Shown here: piece after piece, positions 13,218-26,325 of the stretch
Layout: each line of letters starts with the position of its first letter
Position numbering within the stretch: the stretch's first letter is position 1
Assembly: GCA_951406725.2 (NCBI GenBank)
Contig: OX597814.1
Span: 46,686,001-46,750,000 of the forward strand
Direction: 5' to 3'
Origin: Octopus vulgaris
Taxonomy: Eukaryota
DNA length: 64,000 nt
Notes under the pieces: generated by a model
Told to the model about the DNA's origin: nothing
Databases searched by the model: none
The model's input: the letters and a program-made list of their open reading frames with translations, nothing else
Position numbers and translations under genes: made by a program

Positions 13218-13290
13218 TGGCCAGATAACTGAAGAGATGGCGGCGTGGATTTCCATCTTGGCATCCAAAACTTGGAGTTTTATCATGGCT
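13218..13290 (+). ncRNA. Type I hammerhead ribozyme in the Penelope pLTR, core mutated
   Basis: gataa CTGAAGA gatg...catc c AAAAC ttggagtt ttatc. Stem I gataa/ttatc, stem II gatg/catc, GAAAC changed to AAAAC. Confidence 0.7.
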
Positions 13291-15012
13291 ACTGAATAAT
13301 TGTCACATATTACATTTGCAGATAAATTCCTCTATTTACATAATATCGAGGTCTCTTTCATTCTTTTGTTGTCTTACCATTTTTATAAATATATATATAT
13401 ATATATGTGTGCGTGTGTGTGTATATATATATATATATACAGAGAGAGAGGGAGAGAAAGAAGAAGTCAACAGATGAAATCCAGAGATACTCAATATAGA
13501 GAATACTTAATAGCACTCAGATGATTTGAATTTGCATTCCGAAATCTTTGCCAAGGACTAAGTCCAGGGTGGGAGTTGGGTAAAGTGTGGCTATAAGTGT
13601 GGTTATTCATCATCTGAATATTTTCAGTCTTCGTTTTCTATCTACATGTATATATGTATGTGTATTTTATATATCTCATGCATGTACTTTTAATTGTTTA
13701 TTTACATCATCTCTTTCTTTCTTTTTTTCTTTCTTTCTTTTTTTCTCTCTCTCGCTCTCTTTGTCTGTCTGTCTGTCTGTATAATATTTGCTTCCCAGCC
13801 ATGTGAATTCAATCTCACTGCATCTCAGGCAAGTGTCTTCTACTGTAGCCTATGGTTGATTAAAACCTTGTAAGCAGATTTGGAAACAGAAACTGAAAGA
13901 AGTCTTGTGTATGTATGTATATATGTGTATAAGCATGTGTGTATGTGTCCTTATTTACAGTTGAGCTTCTCTGAAAAATTGCTCAGCTGTGGGTGGTGAC
14001 ATTGACAGAAAAACAAGGCCCTGCAGGACTTAAATGCAGTATGTTGATGAATGAAACTAAAAATACTACAATACATTTAATCTGGAATTCTCCAGTTTCT
14101 GCCATGCCAACTGGCAACATAACACACAATAATTCATCATTATCTTCATCAGCATCATCATTTATTGTCTGTTTTCCATGCTGGCATGGGTTGGACAGTT
14201 TGACAAAATCTGATGAGCGGCAAGGTTGTGTCAAGCTCCAATGTCAGCTTTGGCATCATTTCTATGACTGGATCCCCATCCTCATGCCAGCATGCCCTTC
14301 ATATATTAATTAAATAAAAAAAACACTTTATTGATGATATTTAATAAGACAGGAACATGTCTGGTTGGTTCCATATTACAGATTTTACTCACTTCCCACT
14401 ATATTCTATATTTAATTACTTTAAAATTATCCAGTTTTCCCTTGCTTTTCTCAATCATAATTTATCTTTATGACAATGATTGTTTCTCCTTGCTCTAGGT
14501 GTAATTATACCCAAGTCTGCATTTTTCCAAAGTATACTTCCTTTTCTAAAGCAGTTAAGTGTAATTTAGGGAAGATTTGGTTGTTATTACCAGAAGATTG
14601 AGTGACTATGCAGGGGTTTCCTCTTTGGTTCATTGTTTAATGTGTATGTATGTTCATTTAATATTTTAATATTTTCTTGTACTTATTACATTGCTAAAGT
14701 GTGTGTGTGTGTGTTGTTTTGTTTCAGAGTTGAATGTATATTGTTCTCCTAGTTATTGAGAGGATGTTTGATTACCTGCATGACCTGTGTGACAAGGTTT
14801 TTCAAGCAAACAAGAAGTGGGCTGGCCTTTCTCTGGTTAGAATACTAACCTGTGAACCAACAATGGATTCTCTGCATCAGCAATGAAGAAACCTTTGCTG
14901 GCAATTTCAAATTTGAAAGTGCCTGCTGATAATATTACTAAAAACCCATATAAAAAGACTGGTTTAAGCCTTAATATCAAAACAATAATTTAATATAAGA
15001 TACATAACCAAA

Positions 15013-15222
15013 TCATCATCATCATCATTTAGCATCCGCTTTCCATGCTGGCATGGGTTGGACAGTGCAACTGGGGTCTGGGAAACCAGAAGGCTGCACC
15101 AGGCCCAGTCTGATCTGGCAATGTTTCTACGGCTGGGTGCCCTTCCTAACGCCAACCACTCCATGAGTGTAGTGGGTGCTTTTTATGTGCCACCAGCACA
15201 GGTGCCAGACGAGGCTGGCAAA
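15013..15222 (-). mobile_element. SINE/RTE-tail family C with (ATG)n tail; further copies ~6755-6815, 11050-11275, 14150-14300, 21720-21935, 25245-25320, 34490-34730, 35395-35612, 36480-36595, 55341-55460
   Basis: Recurrent (catcat)n ttag...ccatgctggcatgggttggac...ttctacggctg(g/a)tgcccttcctaa(c/t)gccaacc module. Confidence 0.75.
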
Positions 15223-16357
15223 TGGCCAAATGAATTTGTAAAATTAAAGATTCATATTTTACTCAGTGCAGAGTGTCCATACAAGTTCTTATGCACTTGC
15301 AATTTGTCTCTGGTACTAAAAAAAGGTTCTTCATCCTTGCACAGACAATTATCCTGCTGGAAAAGACAACTCCCTCAATTACCCTGCTGGAAAAGAAATC
15401 TCCCTCAAAGCACAGCCTACTATCTTATAAAAGAAAAGACACAATAGATAAGGTAGTCTAAGATGAACATTGCCAGAAAAAAAGATGGAATGGTCATGGT
15501 ATAGATGACTTTGATCAATAGGCCTGTGTAATCAAAGTCAATTTTTAGCTAAGCAACAACTAATTTAACCAAATTAGGTAAAACACCAATTAGTAAGAAT
15601 GACATATCAAAACGTATCTCAAGATATAAACTATCAACTCCTCTGCTGATTGGCTGGAACTTCATCAGCTCAGTCATAGGCAACTTGTTGACTTTGTTTA
15701 TAACATGGCTGCAGCTTCCAATTAAGATGACATAGAGTGAGCAAGAGAGGGAAAATGGTAGAGTGATGATGAGATGAAGCCAGAAAAATGAAGGAGATTG
15801 AGTGCAAGGTATAACTACTGTGATGACAAGGGCACAGGCTTAGTCAATCACAAGCCTTAGAATGCATATAATGCTGATAACCTAAGAATAAAAAATTAGG
15901 TAACATTGGTTTTTTTTCTTTATTATTTATTTTTTTTTACTTGCTGGGTCTGGAGGAAGAGGCAGTATGTGTGACCTTTTCAGATAAACCTGAAACCTCT
16001 GAGATTAATGTCATTAATGTTCCACTTAAAACTGTAGCATGTTGACGCTTGCAAGAATGGCATGAGCCAAGAAGAGATTCTAAAGTGCTAATGTTCTGGG
16101 AGGAAAGAACTGGGCATAATGGTTAGTGTGAAGCTTGAGAAAGATGGACTCCACAAGGGTAATGGAAGGAGAGGAGATAAGTTGATAAAGCACAAGACCA
16201 ACCAACCCAGAGAAACAAAGACCACTGTATTTCTATTTGACAACTCATACAATTTTTTCAGCTTTTTTTTTCAATTCCTTTCTCTTCCTTTCATTCACAC
16301 AAATAATTTGACAGTTGAAATTTCTCTTTATTTGTTTTAACCCAATTATTGTCTGGC

Positions 16358-16585
16358 TTAACTCTTTAGCATTTAAATGGGCTATATTTGACCCAAATAT
16401 TCAACCTGTTTTATGCTCAAACCAACCAGATCTGACCTCTCACACTTACCCTACAATGTTGTTCTAACTATATACAATAACATCATTGAAATCTTGATGA
16501 TATGAGATAATATTTGATTAATTCAAAACAAAGAGGATGATTTAGCATTACATTTAACTGAGTAGTCTAAATGCTAAAGAGTTAA
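16358..16585. mobile_element. piggyBac-type MITE
   Basis: TTAA-ctctttagcattta ... taaatgctaaagag-TTAA: perfect 14-bp TIRs inside a TTAA duplication, no ORF. Confidence 0.8.
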
Positions 16586-16941
16586 AGAAGTAACCTCTTT
16601 GGATGGCACTATTTGTCATGCAGTTGTTTGATATATATACTGTCCAAAGCTATTATCAATATATACACTGCCTAAAGTTATTATTGCAAAATATAAGCAC
16701 ATTTTAATCAGAAGCAAAATGTTGCAAAAATATATAGAATCTCTTTGTTAACAGAATTGTCACTGAAATATTGTTTGGCTTTCAAATTCAGTATTTTGTT
16801 CATTTTTATTTTTAGACTGCTCTGGAAAAGTGACATTTCTATTTGTAGTGATTAAACAAACTTTAACAATTTAGATTTTTAAAACTCACAAGTTTTGTTG
16901 TGCATTCACTACACTTAAAGAATAGAATCATTCTCAGTAAT

Positions 16942-16943
<2 letters not shown>

Positions 16944-17000
<57 letters not shown>
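16944..17000. repeat. (AG)n microsatellite
   Basis: Directly visible. Confidence 0.95.
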
Positions 17001-17209
17001 TGGGAGGAGAGAAAGAGAGTAACAAAATCTTGTATAGGAAATTCCAGTAAAAATAGACAAGAATATTTTCTTAAGTTGACACTCTTCAAATTAAAGATGA
17101 TTAATAGTATTGATTATCATTTGAAAACTACTCATCTGGTTTTTTTTTTTTGCTTTTTCTTAAATAAAATTACAGAAATCTTGTTCCATTTTATACACAA
17201 TAATTGATA

Positions 17210-17592
17210 AGGTGCAAGCAATATGGTCCAGGGTTCAGTCCCACTATGTGGTAGCTTGGGCAAGTATCTTCTACTATAGCCTCAAGCTGACCAAAGCCTT
17301 GTGAGTGGATATGGCTGACTGACACTGAAAGAAGTCTGTCACACACACATGTGTGTGTCTGTCTGTCTGTCTATGTGTTTGTGTCTGTGTCTGTCCCCCA
17401 CCACTGTTTGATAACTGGTGTTGGTGTGTTTACATCCCAATAACTTAGCAGTTCAGCAAAAAAGACTGATAAAATAAGTACAAGTCTTTAGAAAATTTTT
17501 TAAAAAGCACTGGGATTGATTCATTCAACTAAAATTCACCAAAGGCAGTACTCCAGCATGGCTGCAGTCTAATGACTGAAACAAGTAGAAGA
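17210..17592 (+). mobile_element. SINE family A copy, 5' end damaged
   Basis: gggttcagtccc...ttgggcaagtatcttctactatagc...ccagcatggctgcagtctaatgactgaaacaag. Confidence 0.85.
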
Positions 17593-18112
17593 AAATTAAT
17601 GATGGTTTCATATTTTACTGATGATACATAAACTCTTAATATTTAATACACAATAAAGGATGGATGATAATAAAATTGGAAGAACTCTGGACAGAATGCC
17701 TTGTAGTATTTAATCAAGTTCTGCATTCAAAATCCTCCAAGCCTATAAAGGTACAATTAATATATGGAGTCAATTTTGTCAGCTCCACCTCATCCTTCTT
17801 TCCCCAAATAATTTCCAGCCTTGTACCAGTATTATAAATCAATGCTTTATACACCACACAAATTTAAGTGGCTACAAAGTTAATTTTGATCATAAGCCAA
17901 TGTACTTTTACCCACAAACTATTAATGACTGAACCTCTATATGGTTGCTTGTCTGCTATAAATAGTCAAATCTCCCAAATCTTAGCTTGCCATCTTGAAA
18001 AAAAAAAGGATAATGTAATATTAGATATGATGGTCATGATTAAAATTTCTTTGATCATAGATCTACTTATCCAGCACTGACCTGGAGACAAATAACAACT
18101 AACTGTTTCTGT

Positions 18113-18117
<5 letters not shown>

Positions 18118-18143
<26 letters not shown>

Positions 18144-18730
18144 TTGACATCCGTCATAGGTCAGACGGTTTGACCAGGGCTGGCAAGCTGGAAGGCTACA
18201 CATGGCTCCAGTCTGATTTGGCATGGTTTCTATGGCTGGATGCCCTTCCTAATGTCAACCAATCCTAGAGTGTAATGAGTGCTTTTATGTGCCACTGGAA
18301 TGGTTGTCATTTGCATGATACCAATATCTGCCACAAATATGATTTTACTTGGCTTGACGGGTCTTCTCAAGTATGGCATAATGCTCGGTCATTTGTCATT
18401 TGCCCAACACTCGAAAGATATTTTTCATGTACCACCGACTTTGACCACCTTGCCTCCATAAGGCCCATAGCTTGAAAGGTGCTTTTTACATGCTACCAGC
18501 ATGGGTGCCAGTTACATGACATCACCACCGGCCACAACTATGATTTCACTTGGCTTGACGGGTTTTCTCAAGCACAGTATATTTCCAAAAGTCTTGGTTA
18601 CTAGCCATTGCTTCTGTGAGGCCCAAAGTTCAAAGATCATGCTTCGCCACCTTGTCTCATGTCTTCCTGGAGCTAACCTCAACCACAGGTTCCCTCCACA
18701 GTTAGAGATTGGCACTTCTTTACACAGCTA
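18118..18730 (-). mobile_element. RTE-clade LINE 3' end with internally repeated 3' UTR and (ATG)n tail
   Basis: Minus strand at 18605-18680 reads RKT*DKVAKHDL*TLGLTEAM (RTE GRPRKTW..V..DL C-terminus). Repeated cttggcttgacggg units. Confidence 0.7.
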
Positions 18731-19868
18731 TAACTGTATCTGCTTGTTAATTAGTGTTGGTGGTGATTTTGAGCAACAAAATAACATTGTGATCCAAGAA
18801 AAAAAAATGTAATTAAAATTATTCTTGTGAAAAGAAAAAGATATTTGTGTTAATGATAATTCTTGTCAAAGCAGGCAAGAGAGGCAGCTCTGAAATTTAA
18901 ATTAAAAATTGAATGGTTTTATCCAGCAGAAAAAGGACCCGGTCTTTGGTGAGTACAATGACAACTCCAAACATTTTGGTCTTATTAGACATATAAGCTA
19001 AGCACACAGTTTTCTTTCTACTTATCAAACCTCAGAATTATCATGAGAATTTATAGATTTTGAGTGAAAAAATATTTGTAGTTCATTTAGAAAAGGTTTA
19101 AGGATGAATAAAAAATGAAAATACCTATTAACCAAAAGAAAACCTTAAGATATAAAAAAAATGTATTATGAACTGTGGATAAACAAGTTGAAACTATTCT
19201 AAATTAGTGTAAAATCAAAAGCATTCTCACTAGAAGCATCTTCTGTAGCTAAATATTGTTGTTATAAACCAAAGAGGTATCTTCTGTTATCTGTGCACCA
19301 AAATATTTCAATAGAGGACATCTTTAAAATAATATACTTTATCAAACACAAAAGATGTTAAAAGAAAATGATTTATCAATACTGTATGGATTAATTTTAC
19401 CCAAAATGGGCAACATCACTCACCTGCAGACATTACGATTTAAAAGAAAAAGGAGGGAAAAAGGGGTCTCTGGTGTTGTATGATACAACTTATATAGTTT
19501 ATTGTGTTTAAAGCAATAATTTGAAGATGAGTTTTCTATATGTAAGAGACACTATCTATAGTTAAAGTATTACTTGATGTCAATGCAAATGAATACAGAC
19601 ATTAAAGTACATAATTACAAAATTGTTCACTGTTGAGATAAAAACCTTTGGTGTTGATATGGTTGTTTAACCTCAGGTTAGCCTTGATTGAGCTTCCTGG
19701 AGAAGGACAGGCTCGACCAATTTTAAAATACTTAAGTCATACTGTATGATGTGATAGTGTTTCTATACTCCTTTAGGAGTTGAGAGCCCAAGGAAAGGCA
19801 TTATCAAAGACACAGTCATGCTGACTTTTTTTTTAGGACAAAGTATCTGTAATATATTATCTATTATA

Positions 19869-20263
19869 GGCATAGGAGTGGCTGTGTGGTAAGTAGCTTG
19901 CTTACCAACCACATGGTTCTGGGTTCAGTCCCACTGCATAGCATCTTGGGCAAGTATCTTCTACTATAGCCTTGGGCTGACCAAAGCCTTGTGAGTGGAT
20001 TTAGTAGATGGAAACTGAAAGAAGCCTGTCATATATATATGTACGTGTGTGTGTATGTTGTGTGTTTGTGTTTGTCCCCCCCCAACATCGCTTGACAACC
20101 GATGCTGGTGTGTTTACGTCCCTGTAACTTAGTGGTTCAGCAAAAGAGACCGATAGAATAAGTACTAGGCTTACAAAGAATAAGTCCTGGGGTCAATTTG
20201 CTCGACTAAAGGCGGTGCTCCAGCATGGCCACAGTCAAATGACTGAAACAAGTAAAAGAGTAA
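19869..20263 (+). mobile_element. SINE family A, full length
   Basis: ggcataggagtggctgtgtggtaag (A box), gggttcagtccc (B box), CTTGGGCAAG core, internal (TA/TG)n, LINE-like 3' motif, taaaagag tail. Confidence 0.92.
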
Positions 20264-21056
20264 TGTGACCTTTCTTTTTTAAAGCAGACATATGTGAATT
20301 AAGGTTTATTTGGGTTTTGTTTCTAGCAGGTTGTGTGACTATATAAATGTTCCTTCATCAGCTCATACACATCTAGTGATGTTGTTGTTTAGACCCAGGT
20401 CAGCACTATTCAAGTAGTCCTTTGATCAAAGGCGTTTCAACCATGACCATTTTATAGTTTTATACATTAGAGACTATATTATCTAATGAATGTCTTTTTC
20501 TAAAATGGTAGGATGTGAGTTGAGGAAATTTTGACTGCTATTTCTAGCAAGTTGAACAATCATGTAGAGGCTCCTTCATTGACTTACAAATATCTGGTGT
20601 ATGTTCAATAACTGAAAAGCGCATATTGTATTGATCATAATTAATTGTTCTAGCTAAACAGGAATACTGGAAAAGAATATTGTAACCATAGTTATCTCTA
20701 AGCTGAGGAGATATATATAATGCACAGTAGCTATCATATGCCAATGGTTGACACTTGCTCTGCAACTCAATGAATTAGTTGAGATTAAGAAATTTTGAAT
20801 ACTAATGGAATTAAATGATAAATGGAAGTCTATAATAGAGTTTAGTGAATGGAAGTCAAGACAAGCAAATGAAAATACTGATTGACAATTTATTACTTGT
20901 CATTGACATGAAATCTCCAGTCCTCTCTGTCTAAAATATCCATGACTATAAGAAACTATATGTTACACTTCCAGAAAATTATTGCAGCACAGATTAATGT
21001 TTGGTTTTATTGGATGTATTGATCCTGGCAATTTACAAAATCAAATGAATGGTAAA

Positions 21057-21214
21057 TGCAGGCATGGCTATGTTGTAAAAAGTGTGCTTCCCAAAGACAT
21101 TGTTTCCAGTTCAGTTTCATTGTGTGGTACCATGGGCAAATGTTTTCTACTATAGTGCCAGGCCAACCAAAGCAGTGTGAGTGGATTTGGTTGACAGAAA
21201 CTGAAAGAAGCCTA
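21057..21214 (+). mobile_element. SINE family A head, interrupted by a family B insertion
   Basis: Colinear with the family A head up to agaaactgaaagaagccta, which is duplicated at 21632-21650. Confidence 0.8.
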
Positions 21215-21631
21215 AGGCAGGTGAACTGGCAGAAATGTTAGCACGCCGGGCGAAATGCGTAGTGGTATTTTGTCTGCCGCTACATTCTGAGGCCAAATTC
21301 CACCGAGGTCGACTTTGCCTGTCATCCTTTCGGGGTCGATTAAATAATTACTAATTTCACACTGGGGTCGATATAATCGGCTTAATCCGTTTGTCTGTCC
21401 TTGTTTGTCCTTTCTGTGTTTAGCTCCTTGTGGGTAGTAAAGAAATAGGTATTTCTTCTGTCTTTACGTTCTGAGTTCAAATTCTGCCGAAGTCGACTTT
21501 GCCTTTCATCCTTTCGGGGTCAATAAATAAAGTACCAGTTACGCACTGGAGTTGATGTAATCAACTTAATCCCTTTGTCTGTCCTTTTTTGTCCCCTCTA
21601 TGTTTAGCCCCTTGTGGGCAATAAAGAAATG
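21215..21631 (+). mobile_element. SINE family B (tRNA-like head, GTCGACTTTGCCTTTCATCCTTTCGGGGTCG core recalled as Meta-domain-like), duplicated body
   Basis: 19-bp TSD agaaactgaaagaagccta (21196-21214 / 21632-21650). The body occurs twice. Confidence 0.85.
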
Positions 21632-21934
21632 AGAAACTGAAAGAAGCCTATCATATATGTGTGTGAGTGTGTGTGTGAGTGTGTGTGTGTGTGTGTGTGT
21701 GCGAGTGAGTGTTACTGTCTCCTTGCTTTGACATCACATGATAGTTGTGAATGCATGTCACCTTTGTTGCCCATCTACTGTGAAACTATATCTGGTGATA
21801 GAATAACATTAGCTTACTTGGAAACAGGTTTGAGTTGATGACAGGAAGAGCATCCAGCTGTAGAAAACCTGCCTTAACAAATTCTATGCAAACATTGAAA
21901 AGTGGAGATTAAGAATCAATGATGATAATAATGA

Positions 21935-22027
21935 TACATACATACATACATACATACATACATACATACATACATACATACATACGTACGTACGTACGTA
22001 CATACATACATACATACATACATACAA
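21935..22027. repeat. (CATA)n microsatellite
   Basis: Directly visible. Confidence 0.95.
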
Positions 22028-23208
22028 CATTCTCAAAGGTTGTATGGTTGGAGTTTGGTCAGGATAAATGTTAAATGTTTGTGAAAAGGGGGGAAAACTA
22101 TAAACCAGAAAGTAACGTCTTCATCAATGATTTGACTATTTCCCCTGTAGCTGACGAGAAATGTTACAGGTATCTAGGGGTGGATGAAAACATATCTTAC
22201 AATGGCACCTGTAACAAAACACGTGTCACTAAAGGATATTACAGCCGAATAAAGAAAATTTGGACCTCAGAACTCTCCGTGTTCAATAAAACAGTGGCCC
22301 ACAATGTGTTTTCAGTGCCAGTACTCATACCAACATTTGGGCTGCTTGATGGGACACTTGATGAGATCCGAAAAAATGCTAACAAGCACACATAATTTCC
22401 ACATAAACAGTAACATAGACCGCCTCTACCTAAAATGAAAACAAGGCAGCAGAGGCTTAACATTGATCCAAAATGCCTTTGAATGTTGTATCATATCCCT
22501 TTAGCAACATCTTTTAACCACCAAGCATCGAAGTGTATCCCTTGACCAAGTTTGCATACATGAGGCTGATAACATCATAAGATTTGGAAGGCAGCTCTTT
22601 GAGCAACACTCTTTGTCTGATAACCTAGAATACATGCCCAAAGAAGTCGCATAACTCTACCGTAACATATCATCAGATGAAAGGATGAGCCTATATGAGC
22701 AGAAGAATATGCACGAATATGTTAGTAGAAAGATCTGTGATGATAGTAACATCGATCATCAAAGCAGTCTATCATGGATCAATAGCTGAATTACTACCTC
22801 CCACTTTGAAGGGTATGCGTTTGCAATCCAGGAACAGGAAATATCAACCAAGTAGTTGATGCATAAAAGAGATAGAGATGCAGGACAAGCTGTAAAATGT
22901 GACAACTGATGCAGGCTTTATGGAGTTCACACTGAAGATATTACCCATATCATAAGCAGTTGTCTGAAAATGTCATCACAGTATTATCTACTGATGAGAT
23001 ATGACATTGTAGCTCGGACACTCCATAATGAAATCCGTCAGAAGGATAATCCCAAGGACAAAGAAATAAGAACCCACAATAGCCATAGCCACTCATAATG
23101 AAAAGGAATACTGGTGGAATGTACCAGTGAATACCTCAATAAAATGTAAGCACAACAGACCCGATATAATGATTTGGGATAGAGAAGAGAAACTGTGCAC
23201 ACATGCAT

Positions 23209-23253
<45 letters not shown>

Positions 23254-23347
23254 TACACACACACACATACATACATACATACATACATACATACATACAT
23301 ACATACATACATACATACATACATACATACATACATACATACATACA

Positions 23348-23381
<34 letters not shown>

Positions 23382-23698
23382 CATACATACATAAAGGAGA
23401 ATCTGGATAAACTGGGATTCTCAGAAAGAGAAATTGACTGGCTAATTTGTACGTTACAAGTGTAAACTGTGAGTGGAACAGTAAAAATATGCCATACCTC
23501 TCTCAAGTTCCAAATGTGAATTTGTCTGTGTTAATTACATCCCAAAGATGGAGCTTTGTATCTTTGTTGGAAACCAGCTCCTTCCTCAGTGGAAAATTTA
23601 CAATAATTAAAAAATAGCAGACATACATACATATATAGAAACTGATTTTCATTATTGGCAAAAAATCTTGAAATAAAACTGAATAATGATTGGCTGAC
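22028..23698 (+). mobile_element. R4/Dong-type LINE, 5'-truncated and decayed, flanked and interrupted by (CATA)n
   Basis: EFGQDKC, YRYLGVDEN, SELSVFNKTVAHNVFSVPVLIPTFG, FAIQEQEI, THIISSC, HNRPDIMIWD (RLE). Microsatellite at 23203-23392. Confidence 0.85.
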
Positions 23699-23750
23699 AT
23701 ACATACATACATACATACATACATACATACATACATACATACATACATAC

Positions 23751-24241
23751 AGGTGGATGAAAACATATCTTACAATGGAACCTGTAGCAAAACATGTGTC
23801 ACTAAAGAATATTACAGCTGTATAAAGAAAATTTGGACCTCAGAACTCTCTGTGTTCAATAAAACAGTGGCCCACAATGTGCTTGCAGTGCCAGTACTCA
23901 TACCAACATTTGGGCTGCTTGATTAAACACTTGATGAGATCCAAGCCATTGATGTGAAAACCCGGAAAATACTTACAAGCACACATAATTTCCACATAAA
24001 CAGTGATGTAGACCACCTCTACTTAAAATGAAAACAAGGTGGCAGAGGCTTAACATTGATCCAAAATGCCTTTGAATGTCGTATTATAACCCTTCAGCAA
24101 CGTCTTTTAATACACATACATACATACATACATACATACATACATACATACATACATACCCCAGTTATTGATGTTGAAATTCTAATGAAGGAAACCAGCT
24201 CTTTGTTGGCAAAAAATCTTGAAATAGAAATGAATAATGAC
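23751..24241 (+). mobile_element. Second, shorter copy of the same R4/Dong-type family between (CATA)n tracts
   Basis: 23751-24110 closely matches 22180-22520. 24160-24241 matches the 3' end at 23560-23690. Confidence 0.85.
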
Positions 24242-25524
24242 ATACATACATATACAGCATATAACTTTAAGCAGCTGGTCATGAATTAAAAGCAGCAAAT
24301 TGGCAGTCATTGGGGTGTTAGATGGAATATCTCAGAGCATTTATTTTGGCTCTCTGTGCTCTGTGTTCAAATCTTGCCAAGGTCAACTTTACTTTAACCC
24401 TTTTGGGGAAAAATCAATAAAAATGTACCAATGAAAGCAAGAATGAGATGAATTGGCAGAACTGATAGAGAATCAGATGAGATGTTGGGCAGACTAGTTC
24501 TGTCCTTTTGCATTCTAACAGCAATATTTGCAACAGCACTGAGGCCAAGCTGCATCAACCCTAAAGTGGAGGCCTTTCTTTTGAGCAACATTGGAGATGA
24601 GGAATATACGGCATGAGCAACTACCAGTATTCCACAAAAAAACTTTGCCCTGGCCTAAGCATAAAATTGCAAAAATATGTTCAACTTTCACTGACAGTGA
24701 CCCCTGGCCGGTCTACAGTTAAAAAAATCTAAATCTCAGCATGTAGTTGCAAATAACCATTAAACAAGGTAGAATAAGTATTTCAATATTTTGTGGCAAA
24801 ATAATTAGTTAAAGGGGTGTAAAATAATTAGAAATGTAGTATTTCTCAAAAGAGATTTAGGATGAAAATTATCCATGAACTGAAAATGTCATTGAATCCA
24901 CAAATCCATATTTACATATGGACTGTAAAGGATATTTTGGCTGCAGCAGTAGATATGTGATGTGTTCTGCATTGCGTTACTTGAGGCTTTCAAATTTATT
25001 AAATCAAAAATAGGAAAACCAATATCCTAATATATGAACCAACTGCTAACTTTTGTTCTGAAGTGGAAATTATTGCTGGTATTGGAAACAAACTAAATAA
25101 CAATGGTCTTCTGAATGATTATTGAACTGTCTGTTAGATAAATATTTAGAAAGTAAGCTAAAAGAAGTAGGTTGAACTTGAACTTATTACAAGAATATAT
25201 TTTAGGGTTGTGAAAGAATTCATAATTGAGTGTCATTGCTGTAATCATCATCATCATCATCATCATCATCATTGCTTTTATATCTGCCTTTTCCATGCCA
25301 GCATGAGTTAAACAAGTGTTCTAGGGGTACTTTATTCCGCATACATATCTTGTAGCAGCTGGACATTTTGTTTATGGAGGATATAAATCACCTCGTCCCA
25401 CTAATCAAACAGTGTCAATGTGAAGACATGCAGAGATAAACACATACACATGTGCACACATACATAAATGCACACACAAGCACATACACACACACAGACA
25501 CACACACAGACACACACACACACA

Positions 25525-25571
<47 letters not shown>

Positions 25572-25574
<3 letters not shown>

Positions 25575-25799
25575 GTTAATCCAAACATGAAAACACAAAG
25601 AGAAAACACAACAACGCGAGGACCTGAACAAGTATAGTGTTATTGGACGCTCAGGAAAGGAAAAAAAGAAGGAGGATTTAACGTTTGGAGCGGAGCTCTT
25701 CGTCAGAAACATAGGAAAAGGAAAGATCCAAGGAAGGGAAGATGGAGGAAAGAAATTGCCAACGGTACACACGCGGTCACATTTTGAATGACCGGAAGG

Positions 25800-25802
<3 letters not shown>
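25572..25802 (-). mobile_element. Penelope pLTR-like short repeat with hammerhead motif, inserted in (CA)/(TA)n
   Basis: Minus strand 25677-25710: ttt CTGACGA a gagc tcc gctc CAAAC gtt aaa (GAAAC altered to CAAAC). Flanked by TA repeats. Confidence 0.65.
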
Positions 25803-25860
<58 letters not shown>

Positions 25861-25881
25861 TACATATACACATTACATATA

Positions 25882-26099
25882 TGAGGGAGATGCTGAAAAG
25901 TTCATGGTTTTGGGTAAAAGAAAATGCAGGTGGATCAATTAATTATGATTTTTTCAATACATTTCCCCTCTTAGATTCACACATTTATTGCTGCCATCCT
26001 TCAGTTTTACTAAGCCCTGTAAAAGAATTTGGAAGATTGGGCCTCCAGCCAGGCTTTTTGGGATACCCTTTAAGCCAGGAACTTTTCAACACCCCTTCA
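25882..26099. mobile_element. Tc1/mariner-type MITE
   Basis: TA-tgagggagatgctgaaaagttcatggttt ... aagccaggaacttttcaacaccccttca-TA: imperfect ~28-bp TIRs with a TA duplication. Confidence 0.7.
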
Positions 26100-26247
26100 T
26101 AGAAGTGATGGAAACCCATCTCATATATATATATATGTGTGTGTGTGTATGTATTTATATGTGTATACATAAATACACACATACACATGAATAAATATAA
26201 ATGAATGAATTGAGAAAAAAACAAGTGTTACATAATCACTTTCATTA

Positions 26248-26325
26248 GCTTACAACTGTTTCTGCTATGAGAAGCATGCATTCAGAATTAGTGCTTATGC
26301 AACATATTACAGCCTCCTCAGAACC
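26248..26325 (-). ncRNA. Hammerhead ribozyme-like motif with long stem II
   Basis: Minus strand: ggtt CTGAGGA ggctg...tagca GAAAC agtt GTA agc. Confidence 0.55.

Larger units (their letters stand above)
11350..13400 (+). mobile_element. 5'-truncated Penelope-like element (RT thumb + Cys linker + GIY-YIG endonuclease + pLTR)
   Basis: VSFLDISL...YKPYRKPND...HPP; CSCRDKNLCP; IIYEATV...KKYVGLTEGNFKARFNNH (GIY-YIG); LNSRTELFGSCP. Followed by an internally repeated 3' region and a hammerhead motif. Confidence 0.9.

Noticed and set aside
14728-14960. Good acceptor (ttttgtttcag) followed by a short ORF MFDYLHDLCDK...
   Set aside because: No recognisable homology or partner exons; cannot be supported without transcripts.
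19869-19945. tRNA gene-like A/B boxes
   Set aside because: Head of a multi-copy SINE; no full cloverleaf.
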